In this document: positions 26,801-39,107 of the stretch, one piece after another
Layout: every line of letters starts with the position of its first letter
Numbering within the stretch: position 1 is the first letter of the stretch
NCBI GenBank assembly: GCA_025558095.1
Contig: JAIVFI010000002.1
Span: 930,001-994,000 of the forward strand
Length of the DNA stretch: 64,000 nt
Origin: Hyaloraphidium curvatum SAG 235-1
Lineage: Eukaryota; Fungi; Monoblepharomycota
Direction: 5' to 3'
Made by a program: the position numbers and the translations under genes
Notes under the pieces: generated by a model
Told to the model about the DNA's origin: nothing
Database searches by the model: none
Seen by the model: only the letters and a program-made list of their open reading frames with translations

Positions 26801-27732
26801 TCTTTGCTCGCATGAAGAAGGACAGCAAGGACGACTACGACGCCGTCCTGAGCGGGGAAAAGGACCAGGAGGCCCTGGCCAAGGGCAAGCGGCGGTACGC
26901 GCTCAAGGAGATGTGCTTCAACAACCACATTCGGGTGCAGGAGGCCAAGGACGGCGATGGTGGGTCGCTCGCTGCGCGACGATTGGCGTGCAGCTTACTG
27001 GATTCTGCAACAGACGCCAGTATCCTCCGGGTCCACCTTGTGAACCCCTTCCGAATCGACGGCGACGGCAAGAGGAAGGAGAAGGTCGTGTCGAGGCGCA
27101 CGTCGACGAGCTCCAAGGCCCGCAGCAGCTCCCTGGCTGCGCAGCGCAACAACTCCACGGTGACGCAGAGGAGCAGCTCGGCGCACCGCAGCAACTCGGC
27201 CACGCCGCAAAAGACGGGCAAGTGGCCCTTCAGCAAGCCCGTCGCCGAGGTTGCCGTGCCCGAGGCGGACAACGAATGCGACGACGATGCGGATTCCTTC
27301 TCGATCGCACCTTCGATCGTCCCCTCGGAACTTTCCAGCCGCGCCGCGAGCCCGTCCCGCAGGCCCGACGAGGCCGCCGACGTTTCGAGGGCTGGAACGA
27401 TGAGGAGCATGGCCGAGTCGACTGCCGTGGGCGGCGACGTTTCGCGGGCCGGCACGATGCGCAGCACCGCCGAGACTGCGTCCAACGGCACCGAGATCGC
27501 CCGGGTCGGCACGATGAGGAGCATCGCCGAATCGGCGGCCAGCAACCGCACCAGCATCTACGTCGACGACGCGGCGTCGGTGTTTGAGAACGTGGACGAT
27601 GACAGCGAGATCGTCTCGCTGTCGCTCAAGTTCCAGGACGGGGCCGCCCGCGAGGACATTGTGCGCCTCATCCGCCAGCTTTCCACGGTGCCCATGGTCC
27701 GCCGCGACTTTGTGGGCGAGTTTGTGCTGTGA
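23874..27732 (+). CDS. RhoGEF (Dbl-homology + PH), multi-exon
   Basis: IVREIYETELTFKDNM, IFKHAPDLLIFSH, IHSYLIMPIQRAMRYYLLL, followed by PH-like KLFVLTDLVIFAR. Confidence 0.85.
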
Positions 27733-27846
27733 GCCAAGAATGTGGCAACGAATTGGACGGGGATGGATGTTGGAGATACCCACGATACCAACGAAACACA
27801 GCTGATCAGAGCATTATGTACCTGAGCGAGGATACACACGAGCACG

Positions 27847-29152
27847 CTACACTTTCCGCCGCTTCGTCGGCTTGTCGAAGCCGCCGTGCATGCCGCCGTA
27901 CTTTTCCAGGGTACGCTTGTTGATGTCCGACTTCATGGCCCACGGCGAGTCCCGCGCCGTCGTGTCCTCGGCCGACAAGTGGGTCCACTTGGTGCGGCCC
28001 TTTTTGCCAAAGTTCTTGACCTGCATCACCTGAGGCAGCATCTCCTTGTTGATCGTGGCGTCCTCGCCCGTCGGCGCGGAGTAGTCGCGCTGCAGAATGT
28101 CCGTGTCCTGGTAGAAAGCACCCTTGTGGAAGTACTTTTGCAGGAACTTCTGCTTCGAGCGCTCCTGCTGCGGTTCGAGTTCCCGGAGCTTGGCATCCTC
28201 GGCTTCGCGCTCTGCATCCGTGAGGTTGCGCCTCCGCTCAATCTCGGCGATCTCGGCCTCCTCGGCCTCGCGCTCCTCCTTGTCGCGCTTCAGCCGCAGC
28301 AGCTCCCGCAGCTTCCAGGCCGCGTACTCTTCCTCCTCGTTCAGCCCATCAGTGTCGTCCACGTCGGGCACCTGGTTGGCCGCATTCGCCTGTGCCATTT
28401 CCCGTTTGATCTGGTCCGCGGCGAGAAGGTGCGACTCCTTCTTGCGCTCCTCCAGCTGCGCCTTCTGCCGTTCTTCTTCCTCGGCAGCTTCGCGCTCTAG
28501 CCGTTCCTTTTCGGCGATGGTTTCGCGCTTGGCTCTGCGGATCACAATCAGCTGCAGGATTGGGACTGCGCAGCACGGCCACCCACTTGGGAATGAACAC
28601 CGGTTTCAGGAGGACGGGTGCAGCAAACTGCTGTTCCTCCTCGGAATCCGTGGTGTACTCGGAAGAAGACTCTTCTTGCTCTTCCTCGCTGGCCTCTTTG
28701 GCCTCCTCGGCCGCGAGTCGTTCCTCCTCCTCCCTCCGCTGCTGCATGGCGCGTTTCCGGATCGCTTCGCGTCTCCGTTCGGCCGCTTCCTCGTCCTCTT
28801 CATCCTCGTCGTCCTCAGCTGGTGCCGCCGCGGCCGCTGGGCGACGTGGAGCCTCGTCCGCGTCGTCCTCGTCCGGGCTGGCCCGCCGTCCCCTCCGGCC
28901 TCGGGGCTGTTCGTCCTCATCGTCCGAAAGCTGCTGCGCCCTTAGCAGACGCTGCAACCTCCTGTCGTCGGCATTGCTCGCCGGGGCCGGCGCGGGCTGC
29001 AGAACGGGCTCCTCGCGCCGCTCGGGCTTCCGGCGCCGCTCCGGCTGCTGCTCCTCCTCGGCCTCCTCCTCGTCCGAATCCGGTTCCCGGTACCCTTCGG
29101 GCACTTTGCCCGGCCAATACCGCACCGGCTTCGCCGCTTTCTTCGGCGCCAT
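27847..29152 (-). CDS. MFAP1: Spliceosomal B-complex protein MFAP1
   Basis: RYWPGKVPE, LLKPVFIPK, EYAAWKLRELLRLKRD, KFLQKYFHKGAFY, MQVKNFGKKGRTKWTHL. Confidence 0.95.
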
Positions 29153-29206
29153 CGTAAAGCAAAGTGGACGCCGCGCGCTGAGACGCCTACCAGAATCGAC
29201 GCTACA

Positions 29207-29763
29207 ATGGCGGCCGCTAAAGCGGGGGCGAGCCTCGCATCGCGGCTGAAAGATCTTCCACCTCTTTCCTTGAAGGAGGTCCGATGCGCTGCGGGCGGTG
29301 GATTGGGACCAAACTGACGGAACGTCCCGGGTTGCGGCAGTTCATGTCACGGCAACGAGTGCTCCGGCTTTACAGGGAGGTACTCAAGATTGCACGACGT
29401 GGGATGAATCTTGTGCTTCTCCTTGTTTCGAGCTCACGAGGTTCCTCCTTCCCTTCGTTGCTTTGCCGGGGAATCCGATCTGCTTTCACGCCTTCGCCCA
29501 TTGTCAACTTGCCGCGGCATTTCCTTTGTATTCCAACAACCGTGCCCTTTTGTGCAACAACGCCAGATACCAAACCGTCGGACCGGGAAGAGGTCCGGCA
29601 GTGGGCCCGGGGCGAGATCGAACGATACCGGAACGAGACGGACGCGGAGAAGATCTCGCACCTCCTGAACTACGGCTCGCAGCAGCTCCATTCGCTGCGG
29701 GGAGCCATCGTGAACAGCACGACGCGGAAGGATATCAGAGGGCCCTCGCAGTCGAAGGGCTAG
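29207..29763 (+). CDS. LYRM2: LYR-motif protein (LYRM2-like)
   Basis: LSLKE|FMSRQRVLRLYREVLK, EVRQWARGEIERYR.ETD.EKISHLL. Confidence 0.8.
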
Positions 29764-29903
29764 GCCGTTGCGATACCACGTCGGGTGCTCCCGAGGCGAC
29801 TTCAATCCGTTGATTCAAGAGTATTCGACTTGTAATCGCGATACCCAAAACATCAAAAGTCATTGTCTATCTACAGGGGCGCACTGCCTGCTTCTTTTTC
29901 ACC

Positions 29904-32345
29904 TCACTTCATCAGGTTCTTCAGGTTGGGCTCGTCCAGCTTCAGCGGGCCAAGCTCCATCTGCGGCGCGGAAAGCGTGAGCGCGGGTCCCAAACCATGC
30001 CGTCCGGAAAGACGCACCTCGTGCAACGCCCTGCCGGCGGGCACCATCGGGTACACGTGCTCGTCCTTCTCCACCACGGCCTCCATGATCACGGGCTCCT
30101 CCGTCTCCAGGAACTTCTTCATCCCGGCCTCGAGCTCCTGCTGGTTGGTCACGCGGATGCCCACGCAGCCCAGAGCCTCGGCGAACTTGACAAAGTCGGG
30201 GTCTGGAGGTCGGGGCATTAGGCGCCGCGCCGGGCGGGGACGGCTCGAAGAGACTCACTCTGCATCTGCGTGCCCGAGTACCGCTGCTCGTAGAACAGGT
30301 CCTGCCACTGCTTCACCATGCCCTGGAAGTCGTTGTTGAGGATGAGGATCTTGGCGCCGATGTTGAACTGCCGCGCCGTCATCATCTCCATCGCCGTCAT
30401 GGAGAAGCTCGCGTCGCCGTCAATGTCGATGACGATCTTGTCGGGGCAGGCCACCTTGGCGCCGATGGCCGACGGGACGCCGTAGCCCATGGTGCCGAGT
30501 CCGCCCGAGGTGATGAAGGTGCGGGGGAACCGCCACCGGAAGAACTGCGCGGCCCACATCTGGTGCTGGCCCACGCCGGTCGTGATGATGACCTTGTCCT
30601 TGATGTCCCGGGTCTGCTTGTCCAGCTCCTCGATGACGGTCTGCGGCTTCAGGGCCTTGCCGGGCTCGGCCTTGTTGTACGAGAAGGGGTACTTGGTCTT
30701 CCACGCGTCGAGCTGCGCGAACCATTCCTTCCGCGGCTGCGTCTTGACCAGCGGCAGCATGAGCTCCAGGTTGGTCACCACGTCGCCTTCGATCGACTCG
30801 GTCGCCTTGACGACCTTGTTGATGTTCTTGGGCATGATCTCGAACTGGATGATGCCTCCCCGGCCCTCGGCGGCTGCGGCCTTGGCTGCGGGCGCGAACT
30901 CTGCCGAGAGGAGGTGGTGTCAGGAACGTTCCTAACTGCGCATCACATCCAATACGCACTGGACAGGTTGCCCGTCACACGGTCGTCGAAGCGGGCGCCC
31001 AGGGCGATGATGAGGTCCGCGGTCTGCATGGCCAGGTTGGCGTACGCGGAGCCGTGCATGCCCAGCATGTGCAGGCTGAGCGGGTTGAGCTCGTCAAAGG
31101 CGCCCATGCCCATGAGGGTGGTGGTCACGGGGATGTTGGCGCGCTCGGCAAACTCCTTGAGGAGCTTGGGGCCCTCGGGGCTCGCGAGCATGCCCTGGCC
31201 GGCGTAGATGATGGGGCGCTTGGCGATGTTCACCAGGCGAGCGGCGCGCTCCAGGCTCTCGGCAAAGTTGGGCGAGGTCTGCGGCCGCGGCGTCAGGGGG
31301 CGGATCTGGGGGATGGCCACGTGGTCGAGGCCGGTGGTGATGGGCCGGTTAAGCACGCCCGCGGTGACGTCCTTGGGCAGATCCACGAGCACGGGGCCGG
31401 GGCGGCCGTGCGTCGCGACGTAGAAAGCCTCGTTCAGGCGCCGGGGGAGCTCGGCAACGTCCCGCACGAGCACGTTCCACTTGGTGCACGAGCGCGTGAT
31501 GCCGACCACGTCCGCCTCCTGGAACGCATCCGTGCCGACGGCCGTCGTCGGCACCTGACCGCATAGCACCACCATCGGGGTGCCGTCCGACAGGGCATCC
31601 TGCATCGCCGTGACCACGTTGGTGGCACCGGGCCCCGAGGTCACGAGCACAACGCCGACCTCGCCGCTGAAAGAGGAGCGGGGAGGAAGCGTCAGACGAT
31701 GAAAACAAAGCACCAAGTGAAAGGAACGCCACGAGGAATCCGCGAAGCGGATCAGCAGGAAGAGGATCACACGTCATTGCAGCAGCCCCCTCCAGGCGGC
31801 CGCACCACCGCAAATCCTCGTCTCGCCCATCACCAATGGACAGCCGAAGCATCTCCCAAGCACTTTGGGCCCCGATGGGCCGTCCATCGCCCGCATCGCC
31901 GCCGTCCGGAGGGTTCCGAGCCTCACCTTGCCCTTGCGTATCCCTCTGCCATGTGGCCCGCGCCCTGCTCGTGGCGAGGCAGAATGAACTTGAAGTGCGG
32001 GCTGTCGTGGATCGCGTCGAACACGGGCAGGATTGCGCCGCCGGGGTAGCCGAACACGGTCTTCACGCCGTGCCGCCGCAGCATCTCGTGCACGATGGCG
32101 CCGCCGGTCATGCCCATGAAGGTCGTGTCGCCGATGACGGCGGGGGCGGGTGCGGTCGCGGTGGCGGTGGCGGTGGCGGCGCCGCGCTGGGCGGCGGGCT
32201 TCGCGGGGGCGGGCGCGGGTTTGGGCGGCAGCGAGCTGTTCCACCGCGCGGGCGCGGCGGCGGCCCGCGGGCCCGCAGAGTTCGTTGCCGCGCGCGCGGC
32301 GGACGGCGCCGCAAGCAGCGGCGGCAGATTCCGGGCTCGGCGCAT
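29904..32345 (-). CDS. ILV2: Acetolactate synthase catalytic subunit, mitochondrial
   Basis: [80 protein letters not shown]...LNN. Confidence 0.96.
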
Positions 32346-32532
32346 CGTGGGAGGCGCGGGGGACGCAGGAAGAAAAGAGGTCTGCGTCACAAAGGTGGCG
32401 CGGTGCAAAGTCAGTTGGCCGGCACTTGCGGAAAGTGCTCGCTTGCTCGAGAACTGCGAAAACCGGGGCGCCGGAACGGCCGAGGGAGGGCCGCAAGGGC
32501 CGCGTGGGTGCTGCAGTGGAACGGTAGTAGCT

Positions 32533-33700
32533 ATGGCGGAGCGCAAGGCGACTAATAAGGTGGGCCGTCGCCTCCAGAGTCGTCGCTGCGCGTCTCACCC
32601 CCGGCCACCTCGACAACCCCTTCACCCCCGCTTTCCCTCCCGTCGCCCCTCCATTCCAGTACATTCCGAGCGACTTTGACCCGAAGAAGCATGGCTCCGT
32701 CAACGGCTACCGCAACTCGCACCCGCTGCGCAAGCGCGCCTCGAAGCTGTCCGAGGGCATCCTCGTCATCCGCTTCGAGATGCCCTACAACATCTGGTGC
32801 GGCGGCTGCGGCGCGCACATCGGCATGGGCGTGCGGTACAACGCGCAGAAGAAGAAGATCGGCAAGTACCTTTCGACGCCGATCTGGCAGTTCCGGATGA
32901 AGTGCCACCTGTGCTCGCACTGGATCGAGATCCACACGGACCCAAAGAACGCCGAGTACGTCATCGCCTCCGGGGCGCGCCGCAAGGTGGAGACGTACAC
33001 GTCCGAGGACGCCGGTGTGATCGCGCTGCCCACGCCCGAGGAGGCCGCGCTGCTTGCCGCGGACCCGATACACCGGCTGGAGCACCAGGTTCTGGACAAC
33101 AAAAAGGGCGAGGACGCGCGGCCGCACCTCGCGCGCCTGCTCGAGGCGCAGGACCGGACGTGGTCGGACCCGTACCTGCTGAACCGCGTGCTGCGGGCGG
33201 ACAACCGCGTGCGGCGGAAAGCCGAGGCGGCCGAGGAAGGGGAGCGCAAAGAGGTGCAGGACCGCCTGAACCTCGCGATACCGGTGCTCGCGCCGTCGGC
33301 TGCGGACGCCGAGGCGGCGAGGGAGGCGATCGGGAAGCGGGACCGGATGCGGGCGGCGGGCGCCGCTACGGGGCTGAGCGTGGTCGTGGACGACGACCCC
33401 GAGTCGGTGATGCGGACTGCGGACGCGAGCGTGCTGGCGGAAATGGAGGAGCGCAAGAGGCGAAAAGTGGAGGGTGCCGTGCTCGGGCCAGATGCGGAGC
33501 AGGCGGCCACCGCCAAGGAGAAGCTGGCTACGAAGCTCCGAAACGCGCGCGTCGGCGGACTCTTTGGACCAGACGCGGATGTTGGGAACGGAAATGGGGA
33601 TGCCGCCGTACCCGCAGTGGCTTCGAGCGCCACGGTGCTGGTGAAGCCACGGCCCTCGCTTGTGGCATACGATTCCGACTCGGATGTTGGCGAAGGGTAG
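32533..33700 (+). CDS. YJU2B: CWC16/YJU2-family splicing factor (CCDC130/YJU2B type)
   Basis: MAERKATNK|[51 protein letters not shown]. Confidence 0.9.
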
Positions 33701-33774
33701 CAATACCACGAAATCAAATTAAAAGCATCGCCCTTTTTCGGTGCCGGGTCTCCGGCTCTAGAATTGGGTATCCA

Positions 33775-35068
33775 TCAAGCCAGGAAGACAGTCTCCTCGA
33801 ATATCCGCCCCTCGACCACCTTCTTCTCCCCTCCGACCTCCAGCTCCAGCTTGGACGCGTTCTCGATGTACTGGAACAGGAACGGCTTGGAAATCAGCAG
33901 CTGCAGCGCCTTGCGCACCAGCCACGGGAGTTCCGAGAGGAGGTCCAGCTTCTCGAAGCTCTCGCACGACGCCGGCGTCGTCTCGGCCGAGATCCGCACG
34001 TCCTCCCCAGAGTCCAGGCCCTGGCCCGCGATGCTGTACCGTATCCGCACCGGAGCGTGGTACCCCGTCTCCTCGTCCTCCTCGCTCTCCACGATGTCCG
34101 CCAGCGCGTCGACCGAGACCGTGAGGAGCTTGCCGTCCAGGACGACGACGCTGCGGTTCACGGTCGACACGGAGTAGTCGTAGCCTTCCGGCATGATGAA
34201 CTGCATCATCATCACGGAAACGGAGGGGGAAGTGAAGGAGTAGAAGTTCCAGCTGGCCATCCAATGACCGTCAGCTGTTGATCCGGTCGAGGCCTCGGGT
34301 CCGCTCACCGCTTGACGTTCTGGGGGTTCAGCTGCACCACGTTGACGAAGAACCCGGTGCCGGCGGCGTCGATTTTCTCCCCATCAACGGTGATGGAGCC
34401 CGTCACGGTCGCCCGCGGGACCAGCTTGTGGAAAACTGCCGGGGGTACGCGTTAGGAAGGCTCTTGCGTAGGCCGATGTCCGAGCCTACTGTAGCCGGTG
34501 TCCTCGGTCTCGTTGAAGTAGGTCTTGGTCGTGATCCCGCCTCCCACGAACACGAATTCAAAGTCGAACTGGACCTCGCCGTCGATGTCCGCCGTGACGC
34601 GGTATCCGAACTTGGCGGGATCAAACTCGAAGTTCACCACGCTCCCCCGCACCGACATCTTGTCCTCCGAGAATTCAGCCACCGAAGCCCAGTGTGATGC
34701 CGTCTTCATCTTGTTCATCCCCGTCGACGGCCGGTAGACGCGGCAACTAGTCTGCACCGAGGCGGTGAGGCTGCGGGCGTCCCGGTCAGCATTGGGCTCC
34801 GCCGGCACGCCTGGAGCCGAATCCGACGCACCCCATGGTGGAATAGACCATCTGGAGCAGCGCGAAGCTCCCATCGTCAAGGTTGAGGTAGAATCTGCGG
34901 CACCCGGATGCGGTTGGCGTCCTCCCCCAAAGTCGGAACCGGACGTCCCCACGTCTGTCCCTCGGTCGCGAAACTCGGCTCCAGCACCCATTTCAGATCC
35001 TCGGGCTGCAACACTGCGAGCGTCGCGGGCTGCCCGGCTGCGTCGACGAGCTCTTGCAAAGATGCCAT
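33775..35068 (-). CDS. SVF1: Survival factor 1 (Svf1)-like protein
   Basis: RWNFYSFTSPSVSVMMMQF, KLDLLSELPWLVRK...KPFLFQY, EGRIFEETVFL resemble the Svf1 C-terminal motifs. Confidence 0.8.
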
Positions 35069-35159
35069 CTTTTTTTTGTGCAGCTGATGATTAGTGGCGG
35101 TGCCGCCGGCAGCGGCCACGCATGACATTCGTCAGCTCTACATCAAGAATGAAAGGAGA

Positions 35160-36713
35160 TCAGCTATCCTTGTGATTAGTCAGCTCAACGTGGATGTCCG
35201 CCGTCTTGACGCCCTCGACGGTTTCGACCACCTGCTTGGAAGCCTGCTTGGCGATCGCCCTGGCCTCGCTGACGGTCATACTGTCCACGATCACGATCTC
35301 CGCCTGGGCGTGAATCTGGTCGCCTCCAGCGTTGTAGATGAGAAGCACGTGCGAGGTGCCCAGCACGCCTGGGGTCGACGAAAGGACCTTGCGGATCTGG
35401 GCCTCGACGTCGCTGGTTGGCCGCTCAAAGATCCGCCCGTGATCATCGCCCTCCTGATAATGGTACGGGTTGGGACTCGAATCAATGTGTATGTTGATCT
35501 CGTCAACGTCATCGAAAGCTTTGAAGATGGCGAACCTGAGGGCTTCGCCGATCTGATGCGCTGAAATGGCAACACATAATCAGCAAAATCACCCCACGAC
35601 ACACACCCACAAGGACATACCATGCGACACACTGATGTGCGGGCGCACGACCATTATGGCGTCGATGGTGACGTTGGGACCACGCTTCCGCCCGCGAACC
35701 TGTTCGAGCCCGAGCAGGTTCTTCTCCTTCTCTTTCAGCTCCCGCACAACCTCATCCAGTCCTTTCAGCAGTCCCGGAACCTGGGCATCGACCAGCTCCC
35801 GTACGGAAGAGACGCCCGTCTCCCAGCCGACTTTGGCAATCATCAGGCTCACGAGGAGGCCTCCCACCGGATCCAGGAAAGGCATTCCGAGGTAGCTGCC
35901 CCCGACTCCCACCAATGCCACGACCGATGACAACGAGTCGCTACGGTGGTGCCAAGCGTTCGCGATGAGAACGCTCGAATTGTAGCGTTCCCCGACGCGC
36001 AAAGTGGCGCGAAAGAGTGCCTCCTTGACCAAGACAGAGCTCAGCATGAGCCAGATTGCCCACTGATCAATGTGCGAGGATCCGGTGATGATCGGGCCGC
36101 CACTGTGCGCGTGAACCACACTTGTGGTCTGGAAAACGTGGAAGAGCGCCTCGCACGAGTAGGCACCCGTGCCGGCCGCCCCGGCAAGAAGTATTCCGCT
36201 AACGGCCAGGGCACCCATGGGCTCCCAACGCCCGTATCCGTGCGGATGCGAGGGATCGGCCTCCTTCCGAGCCAACCGGAAGGTGAATAGGGTCACAAAA
36301 TCCGAGACCAGGTCCGATGCCTGGTGGGCCGCGTCCGCTATCAAGGATGCCGAACCGTACCACACTCCTGCGGCCGCCTTCAGCACCGTGTAGGCCACGT
36401 TCGAATACAAGCCGTAGAGCGTGATCCTCGCGCCAGTCTTCTCCGCCTCGGTGCTGGGCTTCCGGAGGAACAGATCCACAGTGTGTCCATGGTGATGCGC
36501 CCCCGGACCGTGGCCGTGTCCGTGGTGGTCGTGCGGATCGTTCTTTGAGTGCGTCGAATGTCCGCGTGCTCGTCTCGGGGTATGGCACCGAGACGCGATG
36601 CTCCGCAGGCCGAGACGCGTAGGATCGCCGATCCAGGGCTGCAGTCCTAACATTCCACACCATCGCAGACTCCCAGTCCTTCCGAGCCGCGCGAATACCA
36701 ATACAGGCCGCAT
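35160..36713 (-). CDS. MMT1: Mitochondrial cation diffusion facilitator (MMT1/MMT2-like)
   Basis: His-rich N-terminus, SLIADAAHQASDLVSD, HPHGYGRWE, ANAWHHRSD, dimerisation domain ADIHVE. Confidence 0.9.
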
Positions 36714-36798
36714 CGCGCGGGCGCGGGATGAGCCAATAGCTTTTTGAGACGTATAGTGGGGACTCGCACTCCACCCACGTCGCGCCAGTGGCTGTAAA

Positions 36799-37696
36799 AT
36801 GGCCTCGGCGCCGTGCAATTCAACGGAAGTGCGGCCGAATGTCAGAATTCTCACGCAGGTTTGGCAATCCGGCATCCGCTGTCGCATCGTTCCGTTAAAC
36901 ACGACCCTGGCACCCCGAAGACCAAGCAGCTGTTGGCCCTTATGACGATCATTCGATCCGAATCAACACAGAGGGAGGACTTCGTCTTCTTTGCCGACCG
37001 CGTGATCAGGCTGCTGGTAGAGGAGGCCCTCTGTCATGTCAGCTTTCTTCCAAAGATCGTTCAAACGCCGACGGGCAGCCAGTTTGACGGCCTGGAGTTC
37101 AGCGGACGAATATGCGGCGTGAGCATCATGCGAGCCGGAGAATCCATGGAAAAGGGGCTGCGGGATTGTGCACGGAGCGTCAGGATCGGGAAGATCCTCA
37201 TCCAGCGAGGTCAGCTGCCTCGCCGCGTGTTTCTTGGTCACGACAGCTGACTCTTTGAACACCTGTTTTCTTGTCCCCGAATGTCTCTCGCCTCGATGGC
37301 TGACTCCTCTTCGATCAGACGAGGAGACCGCTCTGCCGAAACTCTTCTACGACAAGCTGCCTCACGACATCGCGCAAAGATATGTGTTTCTACTCGATCC
37401 GATGCTCGCGACTGGAGGGTCGGCGGTCCAGGCCATCAAGGTCCTGATCGAGCGGGGCGTGAAGGAGGAGAACATCATCTTCATCAACCTCGTTGCCGCA
37501 CCCGAGGGTATCGCTTACGTTCTGTCGGCACACCCGAAGCTCACGATCATCACCGCACAAATCGATCAAGGGCTCAACGAGAAGAAGTACATAATCCCAG
37601 GTTTGCGTGCCTTTGGGGGGGGATCGCTACTTCGGAACCTGACTGACTGGACTCACAGGTTTGGGTGACTTTGGGGATCGCTACTTCGGAACCTGA
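36799..37696 (+). CDS. FUR1: Uracil phosphoribosyltransferase
   Basis: [40 protein letters not shown]|[22 protein letters not shown]|[11 protein letters not shown]. Confidence 0.96.
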
Positions 37697-37708
37697 CTGG
37701 ACTCGCGG
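37598..37708 (+). repeat. Tandem duplication (~55 bp x2); first copy forms the last FUR1 intron (37601-37658)
   Basis: CAGGTTTG[C/G]GTG[C/A]CTTTGGGG(GGGG)ATCGCTACTTCGGAACCTGACTG(ACTG)GACTC occurs twice in tandem. Confidence 0.92.
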
Positions 37709-38171
37709 GTGCGAACGATCGGAGCAGCTCGCGGTGAACGTTGGGCCAAATCAGACATGGATACGATGTGTACGCTCTATGTAATGAAAAACTCGGTAAT
37801 TCGCTGATAGACGGTGATCTCGGGAGGAGGCGTCGTCCGAAAGAGCGGATTGCGAGTTGTGGTTGGGTCACGCACACATCGCACATCGGCCCGGTCCGCC
37901 CTCCCCGGCTTACGGTCTCCCGGGCTCTGCTGGTCGAAACGCCGAGAGATCCACATCGTCGAAGCGCCTTTCAGCGTGCCTGGCGCTCGGCATAGGTGCA
38001 GCGTGTCTGGAGGAGCGGTTCGCAGTCGACCACCCTTCGCGCCCCCGACGAGCTCGCGGACTCGGCTGTTCCACCGACGACCGACATCGGAAACAGAGGA
38101 ACCTACTTCCACGTGTTTCCACTCCTTTTGAAGACTTTGGGCGCCTCCTCCCTCGTCGGAACCTCGCCAAG

Positions 38172-38887
38172 ATGCTGAACATTATGAGTCTCAAGAAGCA
38201 GAAGGCCGCGGCGGCCGAAGCCGGGCCGAAGAAGGCGAAAACCTCGGCAGCGCAGATCCGGTTACAGAAAGGTTGGCCCGATCTCGGCGGCTGTCGGGCC
38301 TTGGACGCGGTTTCACGCGTCCCTGCTAGACTTCTCGGACATGGACAAGCTACCGCGGACGATGAAGCTGACTTTCCCGGACCCGAACGATCTCTTCAAG
38401 TTCACGCTCATCATTTCGCCGGACGAGGGCTTCTACAAGGGCGGCACCTTCAACTTCGACTTCAACGTGAACACGAACTACCCCCACGAGCCGCCGAAGG
38501 TCAAGTGCATGCAGAAAGTACGGAGTGCCGACCGGGGACATCAGCGGACCTTCCGCTGACGCAAAGCCTCGCAGATCTACCACCCGAACATCGATCTGGA
38601 GGGCAACGTGTGCTTGAACATTCTCCGCGAGGACTGGAAGCCCGTGCTCAACATCAACTCCATCATCGTTGGACTGCAGTACCTCTTCCTGGAGCCGAAC
38701 GCCGATGACCCGCTCAACAAAGGTGCGAGTGTTTGCTTGTAAACGGGACGTCGGGCTTACAGGCCACGCTATTCCAGACGCCGCCGAAGTGCTGAGGACG
38801 AACCGCCGGCAGTTCGAGACGAACGTGACGCGGTCGATGCGTGGCGGATCGATCAACGGCATATACTTTGACGTGGTTGCGAAGTGA
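38172..38887 (+). CDS. UBC12: NEDD8-conjugating enzyme Ubc12
   Basis: [57 protein letters not shown]. Confidence 0.95.
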
Positions 38888-39107
38888 TCGGAGCGGTTTG
38901 CACCGGATGGGTGCCTGAGGAGGCGCGGTAGAGGGTGGTTTGGGACCTCTGGTGCCTGCAAGGGGCTAGAGGGCGGGCAACCTTCACCTTGGACGTTTCT
39001 CCTGGAGGCAGTACGCGAAACACCTCTATCACGGAATGACATCGGCAGCATAGAGCTCTGGCGCATGTAGACGCAGGTTGGTATGGGGGAATCGATGTGT
39101 CGTGAAA

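Noticed and set aside
31669-31927. Unusually long ILV2 intron as a TPP riboswitch or snoRNA host
   Set aside because: No TPP aptamer motifs (GCUGAGA; CUGAU...UAAU...GCG) and no clean box C/D pair.
34380-34440. Apparent in-frame TGA in SVF1 (second selenoprotein?)
   Set aside because: The correct spliced frame (FHKLVPRATVTGSITVDGEKID) has no stop.
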